Of a stretch of 64,000 nt of DNA, positions 61,395 through 64,000 are shown one piece after another. Position numbers and translations under genes: made by a program. The notes beneath the pieces are model-generated. The model was not told the origin of the DNA. It ran no database searches and worked only from the letters and a program-made list of their open reading frames with translations. Source of the stretch: Octopus sinensis (lineage: Eukaryota); contig NC_042997.1 in the NCBI RefSeq assembly GCF_006345805.1, forward strand, positions 201,190,001 to 201,254,000, written 5' to 3'. Numbering within the stretch: the stretch's first letter is position 1; each line of letters starts with the position of its first letter.

Positions 61395-61955
61395 TTAAAC
61401 TGACCCAAGTGTTTGGTTGGTAATTGTTTTATCAACTCCAAAATGACGGAGAACGAAGTTGGTCTCAGTGGAATTTGAACTCAGAACATAAAGACAGACG
61501 AACTGCTGTTAAGCATTTTGCCTAGTGTCCTAGCAATTCTTATTTCTTTACTGCCCACAAGGGGCTAAACATAGAAGGTACAGACGAGGACAGACAAAGG
61601 GATTAAGTCGATGACATCGACTCCAGTGTGTAAATGGTACTTAATTTATTGGCCCCGGAAGGATGAAAGGCAAAGACGACCTCCATGGAATTTGAACTAA
61701 GAATGTAACGGCAGACGAAATACCTATTTCGTTACTACCCACAAGGGGCTAAACACAGAGAGTACAAACAAGGACAGACAAACGGATTAAGTCGATTACA
61801 TCGACCTCAGTGCGTAACTGGTACTTTATTTATCGAACCCGAAAGGATGAAAGGCAAAGTCGACCTCGGCAGAATTTGAACTCAGAACATAACGGCAGAC
61901 GAAATACTGCAAACATTTTGCCCGGCGTGCTAACGTTTCTGCCAGCTCGCCGCCT
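61395..61955 (-). mobile_element. Tandem of three family-1 SINEs
   Basis: Three successive reverse-complement cores. Confidence 0.9.
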
Positions 61956-63892
61956 TTTGTCCTAACAATTCTACCAACTCGACACCTTATTCATGTGTTA
62001 TATTGCTAAGGTTTCATAAACTAGATTTAAGTATTCACTAAGAAATAACTGGTAACCAGTGTGGCCACTGTTCAATGATGGAACCTAGTAAAAGGATAAT
62101 TGAATTGACAGAAACGAGAGAGTAACAGCTTTACATTGAATCCATAATGTCCCAGTCTTTCATTTATGTGGAGTTAACAACAATAAATACCAGTAATACA
62201 CGATCGTCTATTCACTTCATGCTATTCATTCGAATCTATTCACACCTGCTCGTGGTAAAGTAGTCATGGACCTTTGTAGAATAAATCAATACATTTAATT
62301 GAAATTATCTGCATATTCTGACGAGTACAATTCTATATAATTGTTCAGGGTCAATACAACTAAATCTGTCAGTCTAAATAATAGTGCCAGCACCATTGAA
62401 GACCAAAGTCTTTGTGTTTATGTCAAGTCAGAGCAACTCTCCCACAGATCTATTATTGCTGTAATATTCCTCTCATATTGGCATCATTCAAACATTTCTT
62501 TTGATTATTGCTCAGAAGCAATCATGCTGTCCTCTCGTTGACAGGCATTCATGTTAATATTATCTATTTAGAAAGAAATGAAATGATAAAGACAAAAAAA
62601 AAAAAAAACAACATGTATTGCTTTACCAAAAAATATAATTCTGAAAATGTGATTGGTGTATGCAGAAGATGAAACTGATATCAAACCGAAATAGTCATGC
62701 TACTAAACAAGTTCTCTAACAAAGAATTGCTTTTATCTCCAATGTTAATGACAAGCAACATCCATAATTCTTCATTTCGACTTCAGGACGAAGACATGAA
62801 AAGAGATGGTGTTCATTCCTCTACGACTAATTTATCATTGCATTGGAAGCCATGCTATTCTCTTAGCTTGCAAAGCCTTTTCTCTTTAATTTAATCAAAC
62901 CCTGGTACCAGATGCACCAATAACATCTCAAACACTTAACGGCAGGGATTACATCACATATTACTTATGTTTAAAGCTAACACACTTCAAGGAAATGCTT
63001 TTTCATTTTCCTTTATTTAACTTCTAAATTCCATGGTTTATAATTAATGTCAGGGCAATTACAAGAAATCTGATGGGGTTTTAGTGTGGTTGTGAAATAG
63101 TTAATGAATAATTGATGAGAAACATTTGGGTGATGCATGTTCAATTCACATAATCACACTAAATTGAGTATAAATTTTGATTCTGTTTTATTTAACTGGA
63201 AACATAATATATACATTTTTACAGCTGTTGAATAAATAACAGCATTTGAAAATCCACATATAAAAGCACATTAATACCAGCACAGTTCATAATCTGTGAG
63301 GACAGATTAAGCTAAGGACATAACAATGACTTTTCGTGAGATTTATCTACATAACTCCATGTGGTGTCTTCAGATGTAATTAATATTTGAAGATACAGGA
63401 AAGTAACATTAGCTTCTTTAGAATCTGATAGTTCTCTCTTTAATTAGATTTCTTAGTCTTTTTACACACCATTCGTAAAAAGTTCCTGAACATTCTGTAA
63501 ACCATTTAACAAGGTCTGAGATCACTGATGAACCTGATTTAACGAGCCACAATCACGTGAGTTTAATTCCTTTTATGTGAGCCGTGTTCAAAGCTGAGTT
63601 ATGTATGCTGAAGAAGGAAATATGATGACATGATTTGAACTTGCCATGTAACTGCTAACATAGCATTAGCAATCTTTTAAAAGTTTTTATTTGCAGCCTA
63701 TGATAATTTGTCTTAATTACAATATTTTGTTATTTTATCTGTCAAAATGTTAGGTTATTTTGTAAACCACATATGAATTGTACAGGCTTAACAGACTCTC
63801 ATGTGTGTGTATGTGTGTGCGTGTGTGTGTATGTGTGTGTGTGTATGTATGTATGTGTGTGTGGTCTTATTCGCACTCATTTTCTATTCTTA

Positions 63893-64000
63893 TTTCTTTA
63901 TTGCCCACAAGAGGCTAAACACAAAGGGGACAAACAACGACAGACAAACAGATTAAGTCGATTATATCGATCCCAGTGCGTAACTGGTACTTATTTTATC
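63893..64000 (-). mobile_element. Family-1 SINE 3' part (runs off the window)
   Basis: Tail A reverse complement. Confidence 0.85.

Overview
AT-rich, repeat-saturated animal genomic DNA, most likely from an octopus (inferred from the tRNA-derived SINE families and the very high microsatellite density). It has one 100-N scaffold gap. I cannot support any intact host gene. Almost all ORFs in the track are microsatellite artefacts or fragments of dead transposons. The window holds: (1) many tRNA-derived SINEs, some tandem, dimeric or nested; (2) 3' ends of RTE-clade LINEs with (GAT)n tails; (3) a cluster of 5'-truncated R4/Dong-clade LINEs sitting in (TAA)n; (4) a full-length decayed mariner inside a SINE, plus mariner and Tc1 fragments; (5) a 3.3-kb TIR-bounded hAT-like transposon; (6) several MITEs; (7) a Helentron-type non-autonomous element; and (8) Gypsy, CR1-like and Penelope remnants. 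The most interesting signal is a set of hammerhead-ribozyme-like motifs in Penelope-type non-autonomous repeats. One at 16268-16358 has a complete core and a palindromic helix III. One family carries a shared CUGU(N)GA core variant. A ~340-bp 1.5-mer retrozyme-like repeat has a covarying helix II. All structures were read by eye; no searches or folding were run.
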